From: Gemmatimonadota bacterium
GTDB taxonomy: Bacteria; Gemmatimonadota; Gemmatimonadetes; Palauibacterales; Palauibacteraceae
DNA length: 64,000 nt
Reading direction: 5' to 3'
NCBI GenBank assembly: GCA_963666735.1
Contig: OY762926.1
Location: 2,720,001-2,784,000, forward strand
A program made the translations under genes and the position numbers. A model generated the notes under the pieces. That model did not search any database. It saw nothing but the letters and a program-made list of their open reading frames with translations, and was not told the DNA's origin. This document shows positions 27,427 through 37,772 of the stretch, piece by piece. Positions within the stretch are counted from its first letter, which is position 1; each line of letters opens with the position of its first letter.

Positions 27427-28788
27427 CTAGAACCTGTCCAGCCGGGGGTTGACCACGTTGGAGTAGATCGACCCGAAGGTGTAGGAGAAGCCCACCGACA
27501 CGCCATACTCGAATCCGCTCTGCAGGACGCGCTGCCGGAGCAGCACCTCCTCCGTCGTGGCGTCGCCGGCGGGCACGTTGAGCTGGTCGCGGATGCGCGA
27601 GTAGTTCGCGTTCAGCCGGAGCGACAGGCCCCGGAAGATCCGGAAATCGGCCCCCGCGAAGGCTGTGAAGCGGTTCTTCGACGGATCGTGGAGGTACTGG
27701 GAGAAGGTCAGGAACCCGTACGATTCGCCCCACGGCTGTCGGACGCTGAGGCGGACGCTGAACCGGTGGTGGGGGAGGGTCTCCTCGTCCTTCAGGAAGA
27801 CGGTCTGCTCGATGTAGTCGTGGTACCGGAGGCCGATCGTGTAGAGGAAGTTGAACTGCCTGCGGGTCGACTCGGAGTAGGGGAAGATGTTGTACTCCAG
27901 CGCCGGCCCCACCTGGAGCTGCAGGTCTTCGTTGGCGAAGCTGGAGTATCCCAGCTCGTACGCCGCGCCCGCCGACCAGTGATCCGACAGGCTCCACACG
28001 CTGAGTCCCTCGGCATCGTAGCTCTCGCGGATGCTCGTCACGGACGTCGTGTCCGAGGTCTCGAAGAGTCGCCGGTTGTAGCTTCCGCCGATGGAGAACT
28101 CGAGCTTCAGGGCATCCGTGACGCGGTCGGCGGAGAACCCGCTCTCGAATTCGTACTCTTCAGTGCGCTCGTCCACCTCGAGGTCGGCTTCCGCGCGCAG
28201 CCGAAAGGTCCAGAAGTTCCAGGGGTCGTCCTCCGGCTTGGCGGCGATCTCGCCGTGTTCCGCTCCGTCGTAGTGGATATCGATGCTGGGAGCCTGACCG
28301 GTGCGCGCGATGTAGCGCAACAGCCCCAGTTCGAGCGTGTGCGCCACCTCGGTCAGCCGCTGTTCCACGGCGAGATTTGCGCGGGTCACGACTTCGAGGC
28401 GGTCCGTGACCTCGATGAACTCCTCGCGTCCGATGAAATCGAGCGTGAAGCGCTGGCCTCCGCTGCCCGTGCCCTCCGAGGTCATGAGCACGTGGACCTG
28501 CGCATCCTCGCGGTCGCGCGTGTAGTTCACGTACGGGATCTCGCGCCGGTAGAAGTCGAAGTCGCACATCCCGCGGCCGCCGTCGCAGTCGAAGAAGACG
28601 CGAAGCGCGCCGTTCCCGTTGGCGGCGGGCGGCTCCTCCTGGGCTTCGAGGGGGACGGCGGCCAGGCAGGCCGTGGCGAGGAGGCCGGCCGCCACCGCAA
28701 CCGCGCGCGTCCGGGGCAGGGCGGGGGCCGATGACGTTCCCGCGGGAACGCGGAGTGCGCGCCGCGTCGCGTTCGGAGAGGTGTTCAA
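27427..28788 (-). CDS. Putative outer-membrane beta-barrel protein
   Basis: Signal peptide, alternating beta strands, C-terminal YTFGSIYSNVVNPR..F; start uncertain. Confidence 0.7.
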   Translation of the reverse strand: MNTSPNATRRALRVPAGTSSAPALPRTRAVAVAAGLLATACLAAVPLEAQEEPPAANGNGALRVFFDCDGGRGMCDFDFYRREIPYVNYTRDREDAQVHVLMTSEGTGSGGQRFTLDFIGREEFIEVTDRLEVVTRANLAVEQRLTEVAHTLELGLLRYIARTGQAPSIDIHYDGAEHGEIAAKPEDDPWNFWTFRLRAEADLEVDERTEEYEFESGFSADRVTDALKLEFSIGGSYNRRLFETSDTTSVTSIRESYDAEGLSVWSLSDHWSAGAAYELGYSSFANEDLQLQVGPALEYNIFPYSESTRRQFNFLYTIGLRYHDYIEQTVFLKDEETLPHHRFSVRLSVRQPWGESYGFLTFSQYLHDPSKNRFTAFAGADFRIFRGLSLRLNANYSRIRDQLNVPAGDATTEEVLLRQRVLQSGFEYGVSVGFSYTFGSIYSNVVNPRLDRF

Positions 28789-28811
28789 TTGAGGATTCCC
28801 TGGCAGATGGC

Positions 28812-29186
<375 letters not shown>

Positions 29187-29211
29187 GGAATCGCTCCGGG
29201 TTGAGGCCGCA

Positions 29212-30351
29212 ATGAGCGCGCTCCGCCTTTCGCTCCGCTCACCGCAGCTGCGGCGCGGGGCCGCGGAAGGGGTCCTCGACCCATCCGCGGCGGCGGCGGC
29301 TCGGGACGTGATCCGGGGCTGGCACGGGTACGACGCGACGCCGATGGTAACACTGCCGGACCTCGCCGCGTTGCTCGGAGTCGAAACCGTGTGGGTGAAG
29401 GACGAGTCGCCACGCTTCGGGCTCGGCTCTTTCAAGGCGCTCGGCGGGGCGTTCGCCGTCCTGCGTGCGCTGCAGGACGAGATCGAGCGCCGGAGCGGTA
29501 TCCGGCCGACGACGGCGGAACTGCGGGCCGGGCATCCGCTGGCGGCCGACATCACGGTCACGACCGCCTCGGCGGGGAACCACGGCCGGTCCGTGGCGTG
29601 GGGAAGCGCCGAGTTCGGCTGCCGCTGCGTGATCTTCCTCCCGGAAGGCGCGATCCCGGCGCGCGCCCGCGCGATCGAGGGGCACGGAGCGAAGGTGGTC
29701 CGCGTGCCCGGCGAGTACGACGGCGTTGTCGGGCACACCGACCGAGAGGCCGCGCGGAATGGCTGGATCGTCGTATCCGACACGGCGTACGAGGGCTATG
29801 AGGAGACGCCCCGCCGCATCATGGCGGGCTACACGCTTCTCGCCGCCGAGATGTTGGAAGACCTTGCCGATGCCGGCTCGGCGCCGCTCACGCACCTCTT
29901 CGTGCAAGCGGGCGTCGGCGGCCTCGCGACCGGAGTGTGCGGCCATTTCGCGCAGGCGTGCGGCGAGGGACGGCCGCGCTTCATCGCCCTCGAGCCGTGG
30001 CGGGCCGACTGCTTCGGCCGGAGTCTGCGACGCGGCCGGGCGAGCATCGCGGAACCGCCGTTCCACACCGCGATGGGCGGTCTCGCCGCCGGCGTCGCGT
30101 CGACGATCGCCTGGGACTGTCTGGCGCCCCTGCTCGACGCGGCGGTCGCGCTTCCCGAGCCGGTATGGAGCGCCGGCGCCGAGGCGCTCGAGTCCGGTCG
30201 GCTGGGCGCCCGCATCATCGCGGGCCCGTCCGGCGCCGCCGGCGTAGGGGCGCTCCTCGCCCTGGCCCGCCTCCCCGGCCTACGCCGGCTCCTCGGCCTC
30301 GATCGATCCGCCCGCGTCGGCGCGATCGTGACCGAGCAGCGCTTCGACTGA
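29212..30351 (+). CDS. dpaL: Diaminopropionate ammonia-lyase-like PLP enzyme
   Basis: [37 protein letters not shown]. Confidence 0.8.
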   Translation: MSALRLSLRSPQLRRGAAEGVLDPSAAAAARDVIRGWHGYDATPMVTLPDLAALLGVETVWVKDESPRFGLGSFKALGGAFAVLRALQDEIERRSGIRPTTAELRAGHPLAADITVTTASAGNHGRSVAWGSAEFGCRCVIFLPEGAIPARARAIEGHGAKVVRVPGEYDGVVGHTDREAARNGWIVVSDTAYEGYEETPRRIMAGYTLLAAEMLEDLADAGSAPLTHLFVQAGVGGLATGVCGHFAQACGEGRPRFIALEPWRADCFGRSLRRGRASIAEPPFHTAMGGLAAGVASTIAWDCLAPLLDAAVALPEPVWSAGAEALESGRLGARIIAGPSGAAGVGALLALARLPGLRRLLGLDRSARVGAIVTEQRFD

Positions 30352-30465
30352 CCCCCGGCCGCTTGCGCGGTCATCGCGACCGCTGGTTGATACCTCGTTG
30401 CGAACCGACCCTAGCATTAGGGCAGGCGATCCACGAGGATAAGAGGTGACGGAAGATGCAGGGAG

Positions 30466-31374
30466 GTGGAGGTGCCGCTGATCCAGACCGCGCTTGAGCT
30501 TTCCGCTCCCACCTACGCGTACGGCAAGTCTCGACTCCATACGGGCGACTGCCTGGACTGGTTGTCGGTCCAACCCGAAAACAGCGTTCACGGCGTCGTC
30601 ACGGACCCGCCTTATGGGCTCGTCGAATACAGCGAAACGCACAAGCGAAAGCTACGAAACGGTCGAGGTGGCGTTTGGCGTATCCCTCCGTCCTTTGACG
30701 GGAACCGACGTTCGCCGCTTCCGCGTTTCACCACGCTGACCAACGATCAACTCAACGAGTTGAACAGGTTCTTTCGGCGTTGGGCTGCAGCCCTCATGCC
30801 AATCTTGGTGCCGGGGGCTCATGTGCTCGTGGCTTCCCAACCACTTATCTCGTTTCGTGTGTCCGGTGCTTTGGCGGAGGCTGGCCTGGAGCGTCGCGGT
30901 GAGATCATACGCCTCGTGATGACGATGCGCGGCGGCGACCGACCCAAGAACGCGCACGAAGAGTTTCGAGAGGTCAGTGTCATGCCGCGCTCCAAGTGGG
31001 AGCCATGGCTCTTGTTCCGGAAACCGTTGGAAGGGCGTGTCCAGGACAATCTCCGCCGCTGGAGCACGGGCGGGTTGAGACGCCCCGCCGACAGCAAGCC
31101 CTTCTGCGACGTCATCAAGTCCAATCCGACGCAGAAGGCGGAGAAGAGCATCGCGCCTCACCCTTCTCTGAAACCCCAGGCGTTCCTGCGTCAGGTGGTC
31201 CGGGCAATCCTGCCGCTCGGCCAAGGAGTTGTACTCGATCCGTTCGCGGGTTCGGGCTCGACGCTCGCCGCTGCTGAATCGCTCGGCTACGCGAGTATAG
31301 GGGTCGAAATGGATCCGGAGTTCGTCAGAATTGCCGAGGAGGCCATCCCGAAGCTTGCCCGGCTAACGATCTAG
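30466..31374 (+). CDS. Beta-class N4-C/N6-A DNA methyltransferase
   Basis: DPPY (motif IV) precedes HPSLKP and DPFAGSGST (motif I). Confidence 0.92.
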   Translation: MEVPLIQTALELSAPTYAYGKSRLHTGDCLDWLSVQPENSVHGVVTDPPYGLVEYSETHKRKLRNGRGGVWRIPPSFDGNRRSPLPRFTTLTNDQLNELNRFFRRWAAALMPILVPGAHVLVASQPLISFRVSGALAEAGLERRGEIIRLVMTMRGGDRPKNAHEEFREVSVMPRSKWEPWLLFRKPLEGRVQDNLRRWSTGGLRRPADSKPFCDVIKSNPTQKAEKSIAPHPSLKPQAFLRQVVRAILPLGQGVVLDPFAGSGSTLAAAESLGYASIGVEMDPEFVRIAEEAIPKLARLTI

Positions 31375-31968
31375 ATACACCCAATTCTCCCGCATCCCCG
31401 AAAGTCCCTCGCGGTCGAGCGTTGCCGTCCGGGTCCCAAGTTCACCCCGAGGGTTCTTGCGGAAGTCCGTCGGCACAACGTGCGTCAGGTAGATTTCGCG
31501 GAAGGTCGTCGGCACCCGATCTACAGCCGGCTCCGTATCCTTATCGACCTCATACACAAGAACCCAGAGCCATTGTTCACGCGCGCCATGCATGTCCACG
31601 GCGCCGCCCCGTTTCTTCGTCGTCTTCACCTCAACCCCCTTCTCGCCCGCGCTCACGGAGTTGTTCGGATAGACTCCGTTGACAATGAGATCAGGGTGGC
31701 CGTTGAAGTATTGGTTCACGACAAGCGTCCGGGAATGGGTGGCGAGGCTTGAGGTGAGCATATCCGAAAGTACGCCGGACATGATTGCTGGGCGGAGCAT
31801 GTCGTCGAGTCTTTCCAGCCCCTTCGAAACGAGGAGGTTGTTTACGTCATGGAAGAAGTCGTAGACATCCTGCATCGCGATCTCGAAATCGCGAAGGCGG
31901 AGTTGATACGGCAACTCAAGGTCCGCGTTGAAGAGTGCAGGATCTGGGTGGTTGCGTTCGATAGCCAT
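31363..31968 (-). CDS. Putative PD-(D/E)xK restriction endonuclease
   Basis: HPDL...VEVKT; convergent with and overlapping the MTase in a lower-GC segment. Confidence 0.65.
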   Translation of the reverse strand: MAIERNHPDPALFNADLELPYQLRLRDFEIAMQDVYDFFHDVNNLLVSKGLERLDDMLRPAIMSGVLSDMLTSSLATHSRTLVVNQYFNGHPDLIVNGVYPNNSVSAGEKGVEVKTTKKRGGAVDMHGAREQWLWVLVYEVDKDTEPAVDRVPTTFREIYLTHVVPTDFRKNPRGELGTRTATLDREGLSGMRENWVYLDR

Positions 31969-32065
31969 CGCGGGCGTTGATCCTTCGAGGTTTGAATGCT
32001 CGGAGACGCCAAGCCACGCGAAGCTGTTCGGCGTGAACGGGAACCGCAACATCGGATTTCAACAC

Positions 32066-33439
32066 ATGTTCGATTTCGCTGCCTACATCGACCGCGAACT
32101 CACGCGGTTCCACGAAGAACTGGAAGCCTTTCTCCGCATTCCCAGCATCAGCACCGATCCCGGGCATGCGGGCGACGTCCGCGCCTGCGCGGACTGGGTC
32201 GCGGAGCACGTCCTCGCGGCGGGGCTGCACGAGGCCGAGGTCATCGACACCGGGGGACATCCCATCGTCGTCGGCGAGCGGATCCACTCCGAAGAGGCCC
32301 CCACGGTGCTCGTGTACGGGCACTACGACGTGCAGCCCTCGGAGCCCGACGAGTTGTGGACGAGCCCGCCGTTCGAGCCGGAGGTTCGCGACGGCCGCCT
32401 GTATGCGCGCGGATCGATCGACGACAAGGGGCAGGTCCACATGCACATCAAGGCGCTCGAGGCGCGGCTGGCGTCCGGGGCGGATGTGCCCGTGAATCTC
32501 AAGCTCGTCATCGAGGGCGAGGAGGAGGTGGGAAGCCGCCACCTGGCGGCGTTCCTCCATGAGCACGCCGAGCGGCTCGCCTGCGATGCGATCCTCGTCA
32601 GCGACACCGGGATGTTCTCCCCCGAGTTGCCGTGCATCACGACGGGGCTGCGGGGCATCGTCTACACCGAGATCAACGTCCACGGCCCCCGGTCGGACCT
32701 GCACTCCGGCACCTACGGCGGGGCGGTCGTGAACCCCGCCAACGCCCTGGCCGCCATCCTCGCCGGCCTCCGGGACGAACAGGGCCGGGCCACCGTGCCG
32801 GGATACTACGATACGGTCCGGCCCATCAGCGCTCGCGAACGGGCGGATCTCGAACGCCTCCCCATGGATGAAGAGACGCTCCGGATGGGCGTCGGAGCGT
32901 CGGCGCTCGGCGGGGAAGCCGGCTTCTCGGCGCTGGAGCGGCTGTGGTATCGCCCGACGCTCGACGTGAACGGACTCCTCAGCGGCTTCACCGGCGAAGG
33001 TTCGAAGACCGTCCTCCCCTCGCATGCGATGGCGAAGGTGTCGATGCGGCTGGTTCCGGATCAGGATCCGGCGCAGGTGATCGAGGCCTTCGAGGCCCGC
33101 GTGCGCGAACTCGCGCCGGACGGAGTGACTGTCGAGATCAAGCGCTCGCACGGCGGCGCGCCATGGGTGGCCGACACCGAACATCCCATCTTCGACGCCG
33201 CCTCCGCCGCGCTCGAATCGGGTTTCGGGGCCCCGCCCGCGTACATCCGCGAGGGCGGCTCGATCCCCATCGTGCAGGAATTCGAGGACACGTTCGGCGC
33301 TCCCGCGCTCCTCATCGGATTCGCGCTTCCCGGATGCAACATGCACGCGCCGGACGAGTGGATCGATCTCGGGGTGTACCGAAAGGGGATCGCGGCCCTC
33401 GCCGACCTCTACGGCCGTCTCGGCGACCACCTGGCCTGA
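32066..33439 (+). CDS. M20 dipeptidase (ArgE/DapE family)
   Basis: YGHYDVQP, RGSIDDKG, EGEEEVGS, DLHSG, GGSIP, HAPDE. Confidence 0.92.
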   Translation: MFDFAAYIDRELTRFHEELEAFLRIPSISTDPGHAGDVRACADWVAEHVLAAGLHEAEVIDTGGHPIVVGERIHSEEAPTVLVYGHYDVQPSEPDELWTSPPFEPEVRDGRLYARGSIDDKGQVHMHIKALEARLASGADVPVNLKLVIEGEEEVGSRHLAAFLHEHAERLACDAILVSDTGMFSPELPCITTGLRGIVYTEINVHGPRSDLHSGTYGGAVVNPANALAAILAGLRDEQGRATVPGYYDTVRPISARERADLERLPMDEETLRMGVGASALGGEAGFSALERLWYRPTLDVNGLLSGFTGEGSKTVLPSHAMAKVSMRLVPDQDPAQVIEAFEARVRELAPDGVTVEIKRSHGGAPWVADTEHPIFDAASAALESGFGAPPAYIREGGSIPIVQEFEDTFGAPALLIGFALPGCNMHAPDEWIDLGVYRKGIAALADLYGRLGDHLA

Positions 33440-33477
33440 ACCGCCTCAGCCACCCTCTGGGCTGAGCCGCCGCGAGT

Positions 33478-33945
33478 TCAGGCCACGGGTACGACGTCGA
33501 GTTCCGTCGTGATCTCTATGCAGCCGGAAAGCGTTCGGTAGACCGGACACTTCGGCGGATGGGCTTCGAACGCGCGCCGAATCGCATCGGCGTGCGTCTC
33601 ATCCGCCTGGAGACGATACCGGGTCCGGATCCGCCGGATCACGAGCACGCCCTCGTCCGTCTCGATCTCGCCCTCCACGTTCGCCACCAACCGTCCCTCG
33701 TCCGCCTTGACGCCACGCGCTTCCAGCGCGCCCCCGAAGGTTCCGGCCAGTCAGCCGCCGGTCGCGGCAATGACGTAGTCGAGCGTGGTGGCGATGTCGC
33801 GCTGGCCGCTGACTCCGTAGTACGCGGCGATCGCGGAGTGGACGCCGAACTCGACCGGCGCGTCCGTGGCGGGGATCTCCGCCGTGCGGTATGGCCCCTT
33901 CTGTCGCACGATCTTCACGTGCGAGCGGTATACGACGTCACTCAT
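33478..33945 (-). CDS. OsmC/Ohr-like selenoprotein (UGA at 33751-33753, codon 65; 155 aa)
   Basis: MSDVVY...DYVIAATGG-UGA-LAGTFGGALEARG continues in frame into ORF 33478..33690 containing KCPVY; UGA sits at the first OsmC catalytic Cys position. Confidence 0.82.
33715..33731 (-). promoter_or_regulatory. Candidate SECIS hairpin of the OsmC-like gene
   Basis: GCGCGCU-GGA-AGCGCGU stem begins 19 nt after the UGA, with a G-led apical loop. Confidence 0.55.
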
Positions 33946-34568
33946 TGGCTGGTTCTCTCCGTGATGATGTCGAGGAAGTTCATGACGACCCGGTGGGTGA
34001 GCCCCCAAATGGCGTCGCCCTCGAACAAGATGCAGGGCCACACGTGTTCGCGGCCACCATCCGGGTAACGGACCTCGGAGCGCAGAGCCGGGTCGCGCAG
34101 CGCGCGGAGCGGCGCCCAGACGTGATATTGCACCTCCGCGTTCGTCGAGACCCGGGTGTCCTCCCCGTGCCAGGCGACGAAGGGAGAGATGAGGATCGAA
34201 GGGATCCGGCGCGTCACCGGGTGCAGATCGTCGAGCCGGCCCAGGTACCCGCTGCGCGGAAGATCGAGCCCCACTTCCTCCCGCAACTCGCGGCGCGCCG
34301 TCTCCAGGAGATCCGCATCCGCCGTGTCCCGGTGCCCGCCGGGAAGCGCCATGTGGCCGGACCACGGGTCGCCCGGGACCTCCGCCCGCCGGACGAACAG
34401 CACCTCGAGGTCATGGTCCCGCGGACGGACCACGAGCGTCACGGCGGCGTGGCGCTCCGCCGCGCCGGGGTCGACGACCGCGTGACCCTCCGCCGCCAGC
34501 CGACGGGCGACCCCCGCCGTGCTCCAGCCTTCGCTCGCCGATCCTTCGCTCACCGGCCCTTCGCTCAA
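33942..34568 (-). CDS. Nudix hydrolase, CoA pyrophosphatase-like
   Basis: DPWSGHMALPGG...ARRELREEVG, IWGLT; TTGA overlap with rsgA. Confidence 0.85.
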   Translation of the reverse strand: MSEGPVSEGSASEGWSTAGVARRLAAEGHAVVDPGAAERHAAVTLVVRPRDHDLEVLFVRRAEVPGDPWSGHMALPGGHRDTADADLLETARRELREEVGLDLPRSGYLGRLDDLHPVTRRIPSILISPFVAWHGEDTRVSTNAEVQYHVWAPLRALRDPALRSEVRYPDGGREHVWPCILFEGDAIWGLTHRVVMNFLDIITERTSQ

Positions 34569-35536
34569 CGCCCCTTCTCCGCCTCGCCGAGGAGGCGCAG
34601 GTAGCTCTCCAGCCGCCGCCGCTCGATCTTCCCATCCTCCACGGCCGTCCGAACCGCGCAATCCGGCTCCACCCGATGGCGACAGTCCGCGAACCGGCAG
34701 CGCTCGCCCGCCGCGGCGATCTCGACGAAGCCGTCGGCGAGTTCCGCGGGATCCAGCCCCCACAGCGCGAGGTACTGCAGGCCTGGCGTGTCGGCTACGT
34801 AGCCGCCCGCCGGGTATCGATAGAGCGCCGACGCCACCGTCGTGTGCCGCCCGCGCCCCCGCCGCTGGCTGATCTCCCCCACGCGCAGGTCGAGTTCCGG
34901 CACGAGCGCGTTCAACAGGCTCGACTTCCCCACCCCCGACTGGCCGCTGAGCACCGTGATCCGTCCTGCGAGGCGTCCGGCGAGCGCCTTCAGCCCCGCC
35001 CTCGATTCCACGCTCGTCCGCAGCGTTTCCACGCCGAGCGCCGCGTACTGTTCGAGGCCGTCTCCGGTTGCGGACTCCCCGAGGGCAGCGCCGGGGCTCG
35101 CCGAGTTCGATGCACGCTCCGCCGGCCCCGTCAGCTCCGACAGATCCGTCTTGTTCACGACGAGGAAGGCGTCGATGCCGCTCAGCGCCGCAAGCGCGAG
35201 CAGGCGGTCCACCATGAGGAAATCGGGATCGGGCGCCGTTACCGAAACGACGACCGCGACCTGGTCCACGTTCGCGACGATCACCTGCTCGCGCCGCTTG
35301 GAGACACCGTGCCGGGACAGCGCGCCGCCTCGCGCACGGAGCCGAACGATCCGCATTTCGTCGCCGACCCGTTCGAGTTCGACGAGATCGCCGACCGAGA
35401 CGATGCGTGAGTCCGTCCGCTTCAGGCGTCCACGCAGCGACGCCTGCACGACAGTCGTGGAATCGTCCACGTGATAGACCCCACCCGCGATCCGCAGCAC
35501 GCGGCCGACGGTAGCGGAGGGACCGCCGGAGGTCAC
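34565..35536 (-). CDS. rsgA: Ribosome small subunit-dependent GTPase A
   Basis: NKTD, GQSGVGKSS, GRHTT, DTPG, CRFADCRHRVEPDC. Confidence 0.95.
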   Translation of the reverse strand: MTSGGPSATVGRVLRIAGGVYHVDDSTTVVQASLRGRLKRTDSRIVSVGDLVELERVGDEMRIVRLRARGGALSRHGVSKRREQVIVANVDQVAVVVSVTAPDPDFLMVDRLLALAALSGIDAFLVVNKTDLSELTGPAERASNSASPGAALGESATGDGLEQYAALGVETLRTSVESRAGLKALAGRLAGRITVLSGQSGVGKSSLLNALVPELDLRVGEISQRRGRGRHTTVASALYRYPAGGYVADTPGLQYLALWGLDPAELADGFVEIAAAGERCRFADCRHRVEPDCAVRTAVEDGKIERRRLESYLRLLGEAEKGR

Positions 35537-35570
35537 GCCGAGCCGCAGCTTCCGTCCGCAGTCGCCGGGC

Positions 35571-36068
35571 TCACGCGGAGGCGCCGTCGGCGTCCGTCCC
35601 GCCGCCCAGTTCCTCGAGACAGTTCCACGCCAGCAGCGCGCACTTAATGCGGACCGGAAACTTCGAGACCCCCGCCAGCGTGCGCAGATCGCCGAGGTCG
35701 TCGTCCGACAGCATCGTTCCGTCTCCGTGCAGGAGGTGGGTGAACTTACCGGAGAGTTCCAGCGCCTGCTCGAGCGACTTTCCCAGCACGCGTCCCGTGA
35801 GCATCGACGCCGACGCCTGGCTGATCGAGCATCCGCGGCCCAGGAAGCGCACCTCCGCGATGCTCCCCCCCTCCACGCGCAGCATGAGTTCGATCACGTC
35901 GCCGCAAAGGGGGTTGTTCATCGTGATCACATGCGTGGCTTCGTCCAGGTGTCCCTTGTTCCGGGGTTTCCGGTAGTGATCGAGGATGACTTCCTGGTAC
36001 AGCTGGTTGAGCGACGAAGGGATCTCCCGGTCGATGGTCCCGGGCGTCCTCGAGCGGGGTTCGATCAT
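35571..36068 (-). CDS. sufU: SufU (NifU-like) sulfur-transfer protein
   Basis: LYQEVILDHY, NPLCGD, GCSISQAS, RIKCA. Confidence 0.9.
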   Translation of the reverse strand: MIEPRSRTPGTIDREIPSSLNQLYQEVILDHYRKPRNKGHLDEATHVITMNNPLCGDVIELMLRVEGGSIAEVRFLGRGCSISQASASMLTGRVLGKSLEQALELSGKFTHLLHGDGTMLSDDDLGDLRTLAGVSKFPVRIKCALLAWNCLEELGGGTDADGASA

Positions 36069-36072
36069 GGAT

Positions 36073-37431
36073 TCAGGCGATGCCGCCGAAGACTTCGGCG
36101 GCCATGGCCAGGCCATCGCACAGCACGTCGATCTCCTCCGGCGAATTGTAGAAGTAGAAGCTCGCCCGGGCCGTGGCGCTGATCCCGAAGTGGTCCATCA
36201 GCGGCTGGTTGCAATGGTGTCCGGCCCGGATCGCGATTCCCCGCTGGTCGAGGATCGTGGAGAGGTCGTGCGGATGCACGTCGCCGTACGTGAAGGAGAA
36301 GACCGCGGTTCGCTCTTCGCGCGGGCCGTACAGGCGAAGTCCCTCGATCCCGTCGAGTCGCTCGAGAGCGGCGCGCTTCAAGGCGTCTTCATGCGAAGCG
36401 ATCGCCTCCGGCCCGAGGTCCGCGAGGAAGCGGGCGGCTTCGCCGAAGCCCACGACGCCCGAAATGTTGGGCGTTCCGGCCTCGAACTTGTGCGGGACCT
36501 GCGCCCAGGACGATCCCTCGAGCTTCACCTCCGAGATCATCTCGCCCCCGCCCTGGTACGGAGGCATCTCGTCCAGGAGTTCGCGTCTGGCCCACAGCGC
36601 CCCGACGCCGGTGGGACCGCACATCTTGTGGCTGCTGAACGCGTAGAAGTCGCACCCGAGCTTCGCCACATCGGTCAGCATGTGGGGCGCGGCCTGCGCT
36701 CCGTCGATGAGCGTCAACGCGCCGGCGGCGTGCGCCCGGTCCACGATCTCCCGGACCGGATTGACGGTCCCCAGGCTGTTGGAGACGTGTGTACAGGCGA
36801 CGAGCCGGGGTCGCGTTGCGAGGAGCCGGTCGAGGTCGTCCAGGTCGAGCGTGCCCTCGGGCGTGACGTCGACGAAGCGGAGATCGCACCCCGTGCGGCC
36901 CGCGAGCAGTTGCCACGGCACGAGGTTCGAGTGGTGCTCCATCTTCGTGAGCACGATCTCGTCGCCCGCGCCGATGAACGCGTCCCCCCAACTCGACGCG
37001 ACGAGGTTCACCGCCTCCGTCGTGCCGCGCGTGAAGACGATCTCCGCCGGGTCCCCCGTACCCGCATGCGCCGCCACCGCGCGGCGCGCGCCCTCGTAGG
37101 CCTCCGTCGCCTCCGCGCTGAGTTGATGCACGCCGCGGTGCACATTGGCGTGCTCCTCGCGCAGGTAGCGCTCGACCCGGTTCAACACGCGGAGCGGTTG
37201 CTGTGAACTCGCCGCGTTGTCCAGATAGGCCAGGGGGTGGCCGTTGACTTCCCGCGAGAGAATGGGGAACCGCGCCCGGATCGCCCCGAGATCCCAGCCG
37301 CCATCCTCCGAAGCCTCACCCGCATCGCCGCGGTCGGCGGCCGCGGAGGGACTCCCGGCCGCAAGCACGCCCGTCGCGTGCCTCGGTTCCATCATCGCCG
37401 CCGCCGCCGCCGTCTTCGCCGTCTTCGCCAT
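36073..37431 (-). CDS. sufS: Cysteine desulfurase
   Basis: YLDNAAS, HANVHRG, SSHKM, RAGHHC; start may be 37395. Confidence 0.93.
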   Translation of the reverse strand: MAKTAKTAAAAAMMEPRHATGVLAAGSPSAAADRGDAGEASEDGGWDLGAIRARFPILSREVNGHPLAYLDNAASSQQPLRVLNRVERYLREEHANVHRGVHQLSAEATEAYEGARRAVAAHAGTGDPAEIVFTRGTTEAVNLVASSWGDAFIGAGDEIVLTKMEHHSNLVPWQLLAGRTGCDLRFVDVTPEGTLDLDDLDRLLATRPRLVACTHVSNSLGTVNPVREIVDRAHAAGALTLIDGAQAAPHMLTDVAKLGCDFYAFSSHKMCGPTGVGALWARRELLDEMPPYQGGGEMISEVKLEGSSWAQVPHKFEAGTPNISGVVGFGEAARFLADLGPEAIASHEDALKRAALERLDGIEGLRLYGPREERTAVFSFTYGDVHPHDLSTILDQRGIAIRAGHHCNQPLMDHFGISATARASFYFYNSPEEIDVLCDGLAMAAEVFGGIA

Positions 37432-37460
37432 CGGGGCCCCGGTCCTCGGCTGGGTTCCGC

Positions 37461-37772
37461 TCAGCCGAGGTCGACCTGAATGTCGTCCCCGTCGATCCGC
37501 ACATCAAAGCGCCGGACCGGCATGACCGCCGGGAGCGCCCTCGGCGCGCCGGTCGCAAGGTCGAAGCGCGCCCCGTGGAGGAGGCAGGTGATCTCGCCCG
37601 CCTCGACCTCGCCGTCCGAGAGCGGGAATTCCTCGTGGGAGCAGCAGTCCTCGAGCGCGTAGATTTCGCCCCCGCTCCGGATGAGGGCGATCGCCAGGTC
37701 CTCGGCCATCACGCCGCACGTTCCGTTCTCCGGCACGTCGTCCACCCTGGCCACCGTGACGAACCGGCTCAT
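37461..37772 (-). CDS. Rieske-type ferredoxin
   Basis: CSH...CLLHGARFD; ATGA overlap with sufD. Confidence 0.9.
   Translation of the reverse strand: MSRFVTVARVDDVPENGTCGVMAEDLAIALIRSGGEIYALEDCCSHEEFPLSDGEVEAGEITCLLHGARFDLATGAPRALPAVMPVRRFDVRIDGDDIQVDLG

Noticed and set aside
33445..33466. Hairpin CTCAGCC-N8-GGCTGAG between convergent genes as a terminator
   Set aside because: No U-tract on either strand; too weak to call
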